Below, piece by piece: positions 1-11,487 of a DNA stretch of 64,000 nt. A program made the translations under genes and the position numbers. The stretch spans positions 288,001 to 352,000 of the forward strand of contig CAVUHW010000026.1 of NCBI GenBank assembly GCA_963741205.1. Direction: 5' to 3'. Source of the stretch: Nitrospirota bacterium. GTDB lineage: Bacteria > Nitrospirota > UBA9217. The number at the start of each line of letters is the position of its first letter. The first letter of the stretch is position 1. The notes under the pieces are model-generated. The model worked only from the letters and a program-made list of their open reading frames with translations, was not told the origin of the DNA and made no database searches.

Positions 1-49
1 CCCTCGGTAATGTCGTTTCCTTCTCTTCGAACTATGAACCCTGCACCGA

Positions 50-370
50 TTAAGGCATTCGAGGGCGGGCTTCGAACTTTTCTTTGAGATACTCCAGGGC
101 TTCCTCTTCTTTTCCCGCCTCCACCTTGAGGACGTAGGTCTTAATGGCCGCCGGTTCGAGCCCGAGGGAAAAGGCATCGTAGGTGGCTCGGATGCCGCGA
201 GAGCCGAGGAAACTTACGAGGTCCAGCATGATCGAGTCGTCGTATCCCCTGCCCGTGTCTCCGCGAAGCACTTCCACAAAATCGACATCAACAACGGGCT
301 CTTCGGAGCTCCCATCTTTCCAGACGTCTCCGTATTCCCAGCCTTCTTCGTCCTGATCATCGCGCTTCAT
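50..370 (-). CDS. Small acidic hypothetical protein, DUF2007-like
   Basis: 106 aa ORF; FLGSRGIRA...YVLKVEAGKEEEALEYL resembles the DUF2007 pattern. Confidence 0.45.
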   Translation of the reverse strand: MKRDDQDEEGWEYGDVWKDGSSEEPVVDVDFVEVLRGDTGRGYDDSIMLDLVSFLGSRGIRATYDAFSLGLEPAAIKTYVLKVEAGKEEEALEYLKEKFEARPRMP

Positions 371-383
371 ATCATGCCCCGCC

Positions 384-954
384 TCAAGGCGCCTGCCTGC
401 GCTCGTAGATGACGGCGCCTATGACTTTTGCCAGATCCTTATTCGTGTACGGCTTGACGAGGACCCCGGAAAATCCGTAACCCTGGTAGTCGGATATGAT
501 AGGGTCATCCGAATAGCCGCTTGAAACGATGGCCTTCACATGCGGGTCGAAAGCGAGCAGTTCCCTGATGAGTTCCTTGCCGCCCATCTTTCCCGGGACC
601 GTCAGGTCCGTGACGACCGCGTCAAAGGGGGCGCCGGACTCATGTGCTTTCTTGTACGCGTCAAGCGCCTCTTCACCGCTTGGGACGGAAACGACGCGGT
701 GTCCGAGGTACTCCAGCATATCCGCTATGACGGCCCGTATGGTCGTCGTCCATGAGAAGAATGCTTCCCGTGACGCTCAGGGACGGTCTCTCAGCGGTCC
801 GTTGCGTGTTTCGCTTTTCAAGGACCGCGAGGCAGATAAATCGTAAACGTCGTGCCCCCATGTCAGTTTCATCCAGGCCTTCCGCGGCCTCGCGGCATTC
901 CTTCTCCGGGTCCCGAGGCGAATTGTTTTTGCCCTTATTGTCCGTAAAATCCAT
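384..954 (-). CDS. Response regulator receiver protein (frameshift near 720)
   Basis: ORF 673..954 ends with GSILLMDDD; ORF 384..719 continues with VVTDLTVPGKMGG, SSGYS and KPY receiver motifs. Confidence 0.8.
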
Positions 955-999
955 GACGGATTATAGCTTTTTTTCTGTCTCTTCGCAAGAGTTTCGGGG

Positions 1000-1185
1000 A
1001 CGTGTTTCTTTTCCAGCAGCTTCGCCGACGGACAGGAGAAGTTTAATAACAGCCTCCGCTCGGTGGGATAGAGCATCGTTCATGAGAGGAACAACCTCCG
1101 GTGAGTCCAAGCGATCGTAGCCAAGCCATTGCCTCACGTGAGTCCGGTTTTTCTGCTCGATGTAAACATTATCCTCTTTAATTAA
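1000..1185 (-). pseudogene. Remnant of an integrase-core (rve-type) transposase
   Basis: KEDNVYIEQKNRTHVRQWLGYDRLD continues in another frame as LYPTERRLLLNFSCPSAKLLEKK, matching the C-terminal catalytic segment of these transposases; no N-terminus. Confidence 0.75.
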
Positions 1186-1251
1186 ACACGCATTATGAGT
1201 CAACGATACTTTTAGTAACACTTATTGTGAGTAAATTCGTATCGTCATGCC

Positions 1252-1280
1252 TTGACTTGATCGAACAACGTTCCTATAAT
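1252..1280 (+). promoter_or_regulatory. sigma70-type promoter
   Basis: TTGACT-N17-TATAAT. Confidence 0.7.
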
Positions 1281-1476
1281 TCTTACGAGCTCCCGCGAAG
1301 CGGCGCAAGAAGTAACATTAAAAAACGAATCCGCCAGAGCCAAGAGCGAATCACTGAGAGCGCTTGGAAACTGTCGTCGCATGCGCGCATCAACGCGCGG
1401 TCACTTCCCGGGTTCAACCTGCAATATCCGGTGAAACATACCCGCGTCCGACAAGGCGCGAAAAGGATTGGCGTTA

Positions 1477-2151
1477 ATGAGAAAGCTGAGAGCTGTGGTT
1501 ATTGATGACGAAGAGATTATCGTGAACCTGTTCAAGGATTTTTTCTCCACCAGGGGATATGCGGTGCTTTCGTTTACCAGGCCTGTTGTTTGTCCGCTTC
1601 GCGATGTGAAGGGAAATCTCTGCAATTCGGATTACCCTTGTGCTGATGTCATCATCACAGATTTCAAAATGCCCGGCATGAACGGTCTTGAGCTGCTCCA
1701 GGAACAAACCAGGCAAGGATGCAAGTTAAGGCGCGAGAACAAAGCTGTTATGTCGGGGTACCTTGATGCGGAAAGTCACCGGAAGATTCTACAACTGGGA
1801 TACGCATTCTTTCATAAACCGGTCGACTTTTCCAAATTGTCGGCCTGGCTGGATGAGTGCGAAAAAAGGACAGATTTGTCGCTGCCGTTAGGCTCCCGGA
1901 GAAAAGAAACGCGGCATTCAACTCATTATGCGGTGCAGTGTCTGGTGGATCAAACGGACGAAACCGTGGACGGGATAACCGTCGATATCAGCAACAGCGG
2001 GCTCTGCCTCAAGCTGACGAAACCTCTCATCGCAGATCAGACAGTAAACATCAGAACGGCGTCCGCTCTTTTCGCATGCCGTATCGTATCGGTGCGGTGG
2101 GTGAGTATGAATCCGGACGGCTCGTATCTGGCGGGATTATCCTGTCAGTAG
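1477..2151 (+). CDS. Response regulator with C-terminal PilZ (c-di-GMP-binding) domain
   Basis: REC motifs (VVIDDE, ITDFKMPGMNG, KP) followed by RRKETR (RxxxR) and DISNSG (DxSxxG); AAGGA RBS before ATG 1477. Confidence 0.85.
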   Translation: MRKLRAVVIDDEEIIVNLFKDFFSTRGYAVLSFTRPVVCPLRDVKGNLCNSDYPCADVIITDFKMPGMNGLELLQEQTRQGCKLRRENKAVMSGYLDAESHRKILQLGYAFFHKPVDFSKLSAWLDECEKRTDLSLPLGSRRKETRHSTHYAVQCLVDQTDETVDGITVDISNSGLCLKLTKPLIADQTVNIRTASALFACRIVSVRWVSMNPDGSYLAGLSCQ

Positions 2152-2293
2152 AATCCCACATAAGCTCGGTTAGCATCGGTACACGTACTTCAGCAACACA
2201 GCGCCTGTTGTTTTTGCCGTTCACCTTTGATATACTGACACGCCATAGAGCTTGTAAGTTCTAATACATATATCTTAAAAGAGGAGGGACAAG

Positions 2294-2485
2294 ATGGAAA
2301 ATAATTTACGTGAGGAAATTGCAAAGGTGGCCTTTGACCTCCACCAGAAGCGCGGATTGGTTCATGGAAACGATATGCAGGATTGGCTTGAGGCTGAGAG
2401 AATCGTATTAGCTCGTTCTGAAAAGGGTACCGAAAAAGAGAAGGCAAAAAAGTCGACAAAGACCGCACTTAAGAAAAGAAAATAG
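2294..2485 (+). CDS. DUF2934 family small protein
   Basis: IAKVAFDLHQKRG...GNDMQDWLEAE motif; GAGGAG RBS. Confidence 0.8.
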   Translation: MENNLREEIAKVAFDLHQKRGLVHGNDMQDWLEAERIVLARSEKGTEKEKAKKSTKTALKKRK

Positions 2486-2543
2486 ACTCTTCTGATGAGC
2501 AGGAGCAAGAAGGATTTTTGAGATAGTCACGCTGAGTTCGCCT

Positions 2544-3590
2544 CTACCGTTTCGGCAAGGAGAAACTGAACGTGCTGCCTATTTCGGGGGTGCTTTCCAC
2601 CCAAATCCGTCCCCCGTGCGACTCGATGTTCGACCTGGCAATGAATAATCCGAGCCCGGACCCTTTTGAGTCCCGGCTTACTCGATAGAATGCGTCGAAT
2701 ATAAAGGGTAGCTGTTCTTTTGAGATGCCTCTGCCCGTATCGGCCACGGAAACAAGTATCGCGTTGTCCCTCTCGGAGATCCTGACGCGGATGGTTCCGC
2801 CCATGCTCGTATATGCTACTGCATTATCCAGGAGGTTCGAAATGATCCGGTCTATCATCGACGGGTCTGCCAGGGTCGACGCAGGGACTTCTCCGGAGAC
2901 TTCAAAGAAGACAGCTATGTTCTTCTTGTCCGCCGCTACTTTCGCGGCCTCGATATTTCTGCGTACGGTCTCTTCCACGTTGAACGGCCGGAATACCGGC
3001 ATATAGGCCTTGGCCTCGATCCGGGAGAATTCGAGAAAGTCCGCCAGCAAGTCCGACACCTTGAAAAGTTCTTCCCGTATGGTTTCGAGATACTTTCTCT
3101 GCTTCTCCGTGAGCACGCCGGCTTTGTCCGAAAGAAGACGCGCTAGGAATCCTCCCGAGACGGCAACCGGATTTTTCATATCGTGAGCGAACATCGACAG
3201 GATGTTCTTCCGGGCCCGTTCCCTTCTCTTGATGTCCGTGACGTCCCTAAAAAGCTCCAGGGCCCCCGCAAGCTCTCCGGCATCGTCGTAGAACGGAGAG
3301 GCCGTCACGGTGACCGTGATATCCTCGCCGCTCTTCTTCTGCGCCGTGACTTCCACGGCAATGATCCGTTCCTGCTGCATGAGAGCCTGCTTAATGAAAA
3401 GACAAGAATCCCCGTCGTGAGCGACGTGGAACATATTCATGTGCGGCTTGCCGACTACCTCGTCTCTCGAATAACCCGTTATCTCTTCCGCGGCAGGATT
3501 GAAATCAGTAACGATGCCGTCCTTGTCGACCAGGGAAAAGCCGATGGGAAGGTTTTGTATGACGGTCTCGTAAATTTTATGTTTTTTCAT
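2544..3590 (-). CDS. Cytoplasmic PAS-domain sensor histidine kinase
   Basis: PAS (FNPAAEEITGYS), H-box AHDMKNP, N-box NLLDNA, G-boxes DTGRGI and GSGLGL. Confidence 0.92.
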   Translation of the reverse strand: MKKHKIYETVIQNLPIGFSLVDKDGIVTDFNPAAEEITGYSRDEVVGKPHMNMFHVAHDGDSCLFIKQALMQQERIIAVEVTAQKKSGEDITVTVTASPFYDDAGELAGALELFRDVTDIKRRERARKNILSMFAHDMKNPVAVSGGFLARLLSDKAGVLTEKQRKYLETIREELFKVSDLLADFLEFSRIEAKAYMPVFRPFNVEETVRRNIEAAKVAADKKNIAVFFEVSGEVPASTLADPSMIDRIISNLLDNAVAYTSMGGTIRVRISERDNAILVSVADTGRGISKEQLPFIFDAFYRVSRDSKGSGLGLFIARSNIESHGGRIWVESTPEIGSTFSFSLPKR

Positions 3591-3840
3591 TGCTGTCAAT
3601 TCTCCGGAATTGCTTCAATATCTCCTTCGATACTATACTATACCACCTTCTGTTATCAGGATTCATCGCCGGTGCAGATCAGCGCGGACGGAAGACCGAC
3701 GGATGAAATAAGCCCGATTTTATCCCTGTGGAGTTTACCCCGTTCGAGAAAGCCGGGCCTCCGGCGTGATTGATTTCTGCCGAATAAAGGTGATGCAGAG
3801 CCGCCATGCGCGGGTGCAAGAAAAGCCGTTCTCTAAGGGG

Positions 3841-3869
3841 TTTACGTCCCTGTCCCTCCGCGTTATAAT
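3841..3869 (+). promoter_or_regulatory. sigma70 promoter, probably leaderless, for the cbbQ-like gene
   Basis: TTTACG-N17-TATAAT ending 6 nt before ATG 3876; no RBS. Confidence 0.55.
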
Positions 3870-3875
3870 AGTTTC

Positions 3876-4688
3876 ATGAAAACGAAACCGGCAACCGCCC
3901 CACAGTTCATGATCGCCGCAGAACCGTATTATCTCCCCGTAGGCAAGGAAGTGGAGCTCTTCGATGCCGCGTACCGGCACCAGATTCCCGTGCTCCTGAA
4001 AGGTCCCACGGGCTGCGGCAAGACTCGGTTTATGCAGTATATGGCCTGGAAGCTCAGGCGGCCGCTCGTAACCGTCTCATGCCATGACGACCTCACAGCC
4101 TCGGACCTCGTGGGGCGCTACCTCGTGCGCGGCGGGGAAACAGTCTGGATGGACGGGCCGCTCACCACCGCGGTGAAGACCGGCGGGTTTTGCTACCTCG
4201 ACGAGATCGTGGAGGCGCGGAAGGACACCACCGTGGTAATACATCCGCTGGCCGACGACCGGAGGATACTTCCCATCGAGAAGAAAGGAGAGGTCTTGCA
4301 TGCCCCTCCGGAGTTTCTCATCGCTATCTCCTATAACCCCGGCTACCAGAGCGTACTCAAGGACCTCAAACAGAGTACCCGCCAGCGGTTCCTCGCCATG
4401 GAGTTCACCTATCCCCACCAGGAGCTCGAAGCCGAGATCGTGATGCATGAGTCCGGCGTGAACGAGGACACGGCGAAGCGGCTCGTGAGCTTCGCCCAAA
4501 AAACGCGGAACCTCAAAGACCGGGGATTGACCGAGGGAGCGAGCACCAGGCTCCTGGTCTACGCGGGCAAACTTATCACCGCCGGGATCGACCGGCAAAA
4601 AGCCTGCGAGACTGCTGTGGCCCAGCCGCTCACCGATGACCATGAGATGCTGGGATCGCTGGCTGAGATCATCAGCGCGCTGTTTTGA
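3876..4688 (+). CDS. cbbQ: CbbQ/NirQ/NorQ family MoxR AAA+ ATPase
   Basis: [49 protein letters not shown]. Confidence 0.9.
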   Translation: MKTKPATAPQFMIAAEPYYLPVGKEVELFDAAYRHQIPVLLKGPTGCGKTRFMQYMAWKLRRPLVTVSCHDDLTASDLVGRYLVRGGETVWMDGPLTTAVKTGGFCYLDEIVEARKDTTVVIHPLADDRRILPIEKKGEVLHAPPEFLIAISYNPGYQSVLKDLKQSTRQRFLAMEFTYPHQELEAEIVMHESGVNEDTAKRLVSFAQKTRNLKDRGLTEGASTRLLVYAGKLITAGIDRQKACETAVAQPLTDDHEMLGSLAEIISALF

Positions 4689-4700
4689 ACCAATATCTAT

Positions 4701-4755
4701 GATGCAGGATTCACGATGCATGATCCATGATAACAACATCCTGTATCATGCATCC
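4701..4755. repeat. Heptamer-repeat palindromic intergenic element
   Basis: GATGCAG/GATTCAC/GATGCAT/GATCCAT followed by the inverted units ATCCTGT/ATCATGC/ATCC. Confidence 0.55.
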
Positions 4756-4769
4756 GGTATCGGTGTCAC

Positions 4770-7023
4770 ATGAAGCATATCTCCGATAAGCAGACCAAAG
4801 ACCTGCGCACGGCCTTCGTCAGGAATCTGGACCTCGACTTTTTCGAAGAAGACGAGATTGAGTATGTTCTGGGGGAGATCGACTCCTTCGAACAACCTGC
4901 GAGACAGAAGGTCCTCGCCCTCTGCCTCGCCCTTTCGAGCGCCAGTTCCTCCCTTGTGCCCCGCGTGCTCTCCCACATCAGGTCCGCCTCGGAGTTGCTG
5001 CCGATCGAGGACCTGGACCAATGGGTAAGCACGGCCTTCGACCTTCTCGATTCGCAGGGAATCGACCAGGCCCTGGCCTTCCTCGGGAAGATCAGCGAAG
5101 CTGAACTTGCCGCGTTTACAGTCCCCGAAGGGGTCAGTTTTCGCGATACGGCCGCAACGCTCGAAACATTCCTGCGGGGAATGTCCGGACTCGACCTCAA
5201 GGTGGCCCCTGACCATGACCAGTATACGGACACCGTAACCGTCTATTTCCCTTTCCTGGTGAACAAGTTTCCGGAGCGAGCGAAGAACGTTCTCCTGTAC
5301 AAGCTCTCCGCCGCGTATGCGTGGGCCCAGATCTCCCAGGGGACCCTCACCTTGGACGTGGACGTTTCGGCGCTTACGCAGCGCTTTCCGGACTACCCGC
5401 TGGACCATCCGGACATCGACGCCTTTTTTTCTCAATTTCCCGATCGGGAACTGGCCGTGGACCTCTATACAATCCTCGAGGCGTTCCGGCTTGAGCCGTT
5501 CCTCCGGAGGGAGCTTCCCGGACTCATGAGAGAGGCCGAGGGCATCTTGCCGGCCTTGTTCGAGGACCGGCCCGGGCTTGACAAATTATCGGAAAAAACC
5601 GCGTTCGTCGAGGCGCTCTATCAGCACTTCCTGGGAAAGCGGACAAGGGGCGCACCCCCTGGAGCGTACAGGGACTCCCTGAAGAAACTTCGGGTCCTTG
5701 CCCAAGGCCCCGGCGTTAACGAGGGCATCGATGCTCTCATTCGTTTGTACCGCGCGGCCACGGCCCTCGCGGGCGCATACGAGCCGCGGCAGCCGCTGCC
5801 CTTCTTCGGAACGATACGGCCGGAAAAGGTATCGCGCGCGCAGAACGAGCTAAGACAGGCGCGCAGAGCGAAACTCGAAGCACTGGTCACGAGGCTGATC
5901 GATTTGCCGGAGGCCGGGCCGCGGGAACGGACCATTGCTGAACCCCTCCCCCGGGAACGCAGGGCCGGAGCCGGAGAAGGAGTATCTCCTGATCAGGGGG
6001 AGGCTCATCGAGATGGACGAGGAACTGAAAGAGGTGATCGAGAAGCGTGGCGGAGTCCCCGGCGGCATCCTGGTGAAGGGAAACGAGATGGGCGGCGGGA
6101 GCCCGGTGAACCTCACGGACCTCATCGAGGAGGAAGAAGTTGCCGGGACAGGAGGCGGGATCAAATACGATGAATGGGACTACAAAAGAGGAGGCTATAG
6201 GAAAGGCTGGTGCAGCCTGTACGAGCACGACATCCATCCGGGCCACGAACCAGTCGTGGAGCAGACGCTCAGAAAGTACGGAGGATACGTGAACGTGCTG
6301 CGGAAGAAATTCGAGCTTTTGAAGCGGGAGCCGCGGACGCAGCGCCGCCAGAAGGATGGTGAAGACATCGACCTCGACGCCGTGATCGAGGCCTTCTCGG
6401 ACATGCGCGCGGGACTCTCGCCAACGGAGGACCTCTTCACGAGACTCGACCGCGCGGAGCGGAACATTGCGGTGTTGTTCCTCATCGACATGAGCGGGTC
6501 CACCAAGGGATGGGTAAACGAGGCGGAGAAGGAGTCCCTGGTACTCATGGCCGAAGCGCTGGAAACGCTCGGAGACCGCTACGCGATATACGGGTTCTCG
6601 GGCATGACCAGGAACCGGTGCGACCTGTACCGGGTGAAGGGTTTTGACGAGCCGTACGCCGAGAGCGTGAAACGGCGCATCGCGGGGATAGAACCCAAGG
6701 ACTACACGCGTATGGGCCCCTTTATCCGTCATGCCGTAAAAGTTCTCAAAGCAGTGGAAGCGAGGACCAGGCTCCTCATCACCTTGAGCGACGGCAAGCC
6801 CGAGGATTGGGACGCCTACAAGGGAGATTACGGCATCGAGGACACCAGAAAGTCGCTCCTGGAGGCCCGCGAGCAGGGCATCCACCCCTTCTGCATCACC
6901 ATCGACAAGGAGGCACAGTCCTATCTCCCCCACATGTACGGCGAGATCAACTACATCTTCATCGACGACGTGCGCAAGCTCCCGAACAGGATTACGGAGA
7001 TCTACCGGAGATTGACGTCGTAA
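4770..7023 (+). CDS. cbbO: CbbO/NorD family VWA-domain adaptor (frameshift near 5940)
   Basis: YDEWDY, MIDAS DMSGST, YTRMGPFIRH, LSDGKPED; directly downstream of the CbbQ-like ATPase. Confidence 0.85.
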
Positions 7024-7094
7024 GCACGTAAGAGGCGAAAACAGACCGTAAAGAAGCGAGCCCCATTCCCCCTCTTCATTGGTATAATTGTTTC

Positions 7095-8805
7095 ATGTCC
7101 CTCTTTGAACGCACGTGGATCCAGCCATTCAAGAGGATCATTGAACTGCTTGACCCCACTCGCCTGTCTCTACCATCGTTCCTTGCGGTGTCCCTTGTTC
7201 TTTGGGCCATATTGACTTTGTCCAGTCTCGGCGTCGCTCCACTTTTCGATTATGATGAGACGGCGCATGCCCAAACTGCCGTGGAGATGCTGAGGGATGG
7301 AAAGTGGCTGCTCCCTACCATGAACGGCCAGCCGTTTTATGAAAAGCCGGCCTTCCTGTTCTATTTCATGAGCGCCTCCTTTACGCTCTTTGGCGAGAAT
7401 GCCTTCGCCGCCAGATTGCCATCTGCCCTGTTCACGCTCGCTACCGCTCTTTATTTATATTACATGGGCAGGCGCATCGGTCGGTCCCAAGTGGGTATGA
7501 CAGCTGCGCTGATCTACCTGAGCATGCTCATGCCGGCTTTACTCGCTCATGCAGCCATCCTTGACGCCACGTTAAACTTCTGGATCGCGGTCAGCGTAAT
7601 GAGCTTCTTTCTATGGCGACAGAGCGGACGGCTTCATGATGCTGTTCTTTCCATGCTTGCCGCAGGGATTGCGGTGAGCGTCAAGGGGCCGGTGGGGGCG
7701 GTCATTCCTTTCTTGGTCATCATTTTAGACCGCCTTGCAGCTGAGGATTTTGCAAACAGCCTGCACCTCTTTCCCTGGAAATGGGGAATACCGGCGTTTT
7801 TTGCGGGAGCACTGCCGTGGTATATGCTCGTGAGCGTAAAATATGGTTTTGGATTCCTCAGAGAGTTCATCCTGGTTGAAAACGTTCATCGTTTCACTCA
7901 TGCCATGGAAGGGCACGGCGGCGGCTGGTATTATTATCTTCTCATCCTCATTCCGAGTACCCTGCCCTGGGTTGCATGGCTTCCCTGGTGGTTGAAGCAG
8001 TCCATAAGCCGCTGGACAGACCGTGATGATCTTGGCCGGATATCGCGCATGAGCTTGATTTGGACGACAGCAGTCATTACCCTCTTTTCCTTCTCACAGA
8101 CCAAACTGCCGCATTATATATCAAGCATCTATCCGGCAATGGCGCTGGGGATCAGCGCTCAGTGGTACAGGCAAGAGCCTGGTCGTTCATGGATCCGCGC
8201 AGCAATGCTTATAGTGATGATTGTCTGTATCCCTCTTGCTCTGGCGCTTATGGCGCTGCCGAATCTTTACCCATATATCGCGGGCATGGTAAAGCACCCG
8301 CACGCTGTAGCCATCATGACCCAGGGTTTCCGGCCAAGCTTCTGGATACCTGCTGCGGGGGCAATCTTGTTTGTTTCGCTCTTCTGCCTTCTGTGGCAGA
8401 CGAGGCATTCACCTTCGAGCACGGCGCTAACCCGGTTTATCCTGCTCGGCCTTCTTCTGCAAGCATCCCTGATCTGGTCAATTGCACCATGGACCGGCCG
8501 TCTCATGCAGAGCGCAGCTGCTCGATATCGCAGCGAAGATACGTACATATCCTCCTTCGGTGCCTGTCTACAGCGTGGTCAATTGTCCGTCCGTTTCATT
8601 TTACAGCGGACGCTCTTATCATGAAATGAAAGCAGGAGACCTTGAACAGCTCGCCTCCTCATCCGCCCCTTACTTATTAATAGCCCGCACGACAAGCAGC
8701 GCAGACATGTCATTTCTGCCTCTTGAGGTAGTTGTAAGTGATAAAGATTTTGTTCTATTCCGGAATGCCCGCGCACATCATTCAGACCATGTGCATTCCG
8801 ATTAA
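7095..8805 (+). CDS. ArnT/PMT-family (GT-C) membrane glycosyltransferase (frameshift near 8515)
   Basis: DYDE, EKP, ARLPSA, KGP and TKLPHY motifs; many hydrophobic segments. Confidence 0.85.
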
Positions 8806-8920
8806 TTTTGGACGTGATTCTGAATAATACCGGACAGACAATCGGTTTTATCCCATACGAAAAAGGGGCATGAATAAATACGTGAGGTAAAATCCCGCAG
8901 CGTCTATCATAAATATCGAT

Positions 8921-10178
8921 ATGACCTCCTCTCTCGATTCACATGAACCACAGGAGATTCTCCGGCACCGTCCGTTTGTCCTGTTCTGGTTTGCACGGGT
9001 GGCGTCCATGGTCGCCTTCCAGATGCAGGCCGTTGCCGTGGGTTGGCAGATCTACGCCCTCACCGGCAGTGCGTTGTATCTCGGCCTCGTCGGGCTTGCG
9101 CAGTTCCTGCCCATGTTCCTCCTGACGCTCGCCGTGGGTCACGTTGCAGACCGGTATGATCGCCGATCCATTGCACGGCTCTGTCAGATCATAGAAGGCC
9201 TGGCCGCGTTCGCGCTGGCTTGGGGGAGCGCCGCCGGCTGGCAGAGCAAGGAGACCATCCTCGTAATCATGTTCGTCATCGGCGCCGTGCACGCCTTCGA
9301 AGGGCCGACCATGCAGTCGCTCCTGCCCGGACTTGGTACCGGTCCCGCTTCTTCCGCGGGCGCTTGCCTGGTCCGCGTCGGCAATGCAGACCGCAACCAT
9401 TGTCGGGCCTGCACTCGGCGGTCTCTTGTATACCGTAGGCCCGACCGAGGTCTATGCAGCGGCTGGGCTCCTGTTTCTGGTTGCAAGCGCATTTCTCGGG
9501 CTCATCCGCTCCGTCCGCGCTCCCGTCATACGCGAACCTGCAAGCATCAAATCGGTGTTCGCCGGCATCGCCTTCATCCGCAGTCGCCCCGAGATCTTCG
9601 GCGCCATATCCCTCGACCTCTTTGCCGTGCTTTTGGGCGGTGCTACGGCCCTCTTGCCGATCTATGCCCGTGACATCCTGATAACCGGACCGTGGGGGCT
9701 GGGCCTTCTCCGTTCGGCGCCTGCGGTGGGCGCCCTCGCCATGTCCCTTTTCCTGGCGCGCCATCCGCTCAAGCGCCGCGTAGGAAGGACGATGTTCAAT
9801 GCCGTGGCGATCTTCGGCGTCGCAACGATTGTGTTCGCTCTGTCGACATCCTTCCTCCTGTCCCTGGCCGCCCTTGCCGTGCTCGGAGCCGCCGACGTGA
9901 TCAGCGTCGTCATCAGACACTCGCTCGTCCAGATCAAGACGCCAGACGAAATGCGGGGCCGGGTAAGCGCCGTTAACTCCTTGTTCATCGGAACATCGAA
10001 CCAACTGGGAGAGTTCGAGTCAGGAATCACCGCAGCCTGGTTCGGCGCTGTTTTCGCCGTTCTCATCGGCGGAGTCGGCACGCTCATCGTCGTAGCGCTC
10101 TGGATGCGAATATTCCCGCAGCTCCTTCAGACCGACACCTTGGATTCGGGGAAGGATCATCCAGAAATCTTGACCTGA
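8921..10178 (+). CDS. MFS transporter, MFS_3/H+ antiporter type (frameshift near 9335)
   Basis: GHVADRYDRR, SLDLFAVLLGGATALLP, TPDEMRGRV. Confidence 0.88.
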
Positions 10179-10362
10179 TAAAACCTGGCATTACTGATCG
10201 AGTGGAACTCAATACAGCTAATTATTGATCGGCGGTTCCTGGCAATGGATCTCTGCAAAGTTGCTGCTGCTTTCCAGAAGATTTGAACGGGGCATTATTC
10301 AAATGACCGTCGGTTTCAGCCGTCCTGTGGTTGCGACAGACAGGTTTTGTTATTTGACGCAA

Positions 10363-11130
10363 TTACAGATTGAGATGTGAATGAGCGTAGCGCAACGGAT
10401 CTGCTGAGACCTTGATCACGCCTTCAAAGGGCGCACCCATCTCTAACAGAATAAATATAGCTGTACCAACAGACAGCGCACAAACGAAGAGGACCGCGAG
10501 GACCATGGCGTTCCTCGGGGCAAACAACCCAAAGCTCACGAATATGATCGTGAGCCAGAACAAGAGAATCACAAGGAACGGAACAGGAACTGACGTCTCC
10601 GTGTCTGTGAGCACAAGCCACCTCTCTTGCAACAAGGCCTCGATGAGGTTGCGCGCACGGGACTGGAGTGCCCGCTGGGAGTCGTCCTGTGGCTTTAGAT
10701 TGTTGATTGCGTTTGCGACTTTCTCCGCCGCGAACCCTGATTCCGAGCGCATCGAGTCCAAATTTCCTGGCTTGGATGAGCCCTGCGGCCAAATCAAGTC
10801 GATCCGGGCCCCGATCACTTGGTGCAAACCCTTGCGAATATCAGCAGTCTCGGAGCCATAGCGGGCAAGTACACGGTCGAGCGTGAGGATGTTAACGGCG
10901 GTTTGTTTCACGGCTGTGTTCACTGCATCAAAGGAACTCTTGGCTGAAGCAGTGACGAGGCCAAGAACGAGCGCGGTCATCGTGGCGATGAGCCCGATGC
11001 CGACCTTTACCGTGTCTCGCGACTCAGCTTCGAAGTGATGTCCTGGCAGGGCTGTGCGCAACCACATTCCGAGCAGCGCGCCGCCGAAAGTACATGTGAA
11101 CGTGATCATGCCGATAATAGTAGGATTCAT
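10363..11130 (-). CDS. DUF4239/bestrophin-like membrane protein
   Basis: ATMTALVLGL...ILTLDRVLARYG...LEMGAPFEG pattern; GGAGG RBS before ATG 11130. Confidence 0.65.
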   Translation of the reverse strand: MNPTIIGMITFTCTFGGALLGMWLRTALPGHHFEAESRDTVKVGIGLIATMTALVLGLVTASAKSSFDAVNTAVKQTAVNILTLDRVLARYGSETADIRKGLHQVIGARIDLIWPQGSSKPGNLDSMRSESGFAAEKVANAINNLKPQDDSQRALQSRARNLIEALLQERWLVLTDTETSVPVPFLVILLFWLTIIFVSFGLFAPRNAMVLAVLFVCALSVGTAIFILLEMGAPFEGVIKVSADPLRYAHSHLNL

Positions 11131-11439
11131 GGTCCTGCCTCCAACTCCGCCTCGCTGCCTAAACAAGTAAGTATCGTAAGTACCGTGCCCCCCTCGCAAA
11201 CACCGGATTTCGGATATTGGTGAGTTTGTGAGAAGCTATGCGTGTCATGAGTTTATGATACCAAAACCAGGGGGAATTGGGTAACACTGATCCCTCAATG
11301 GAAGATGGGAGAAAGATTCGCAAGACAATAACTTCGAAATGAAGTTGACAATGTTTCACCGCATGAGAAATCCAACGGCATAGGGTGGAAATGTTGAAAG
11401 TTACCGAGTGAATATTGAAGGATTCAAAAGGATTGGAAC

Positions 11440-11467
11440 ACACCCGGCTGTGGAATAAGCCGGGTGT
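11440..11467 (-). terminator. Hairpin terminator after the P460-family gene
   Basis: ACACCCGGCT...AGCCGGGTGT inverted repeat. Confidence 0.5.
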
Positions 11468-11487
11468 CAGGGATTTAAAGGTATTTA

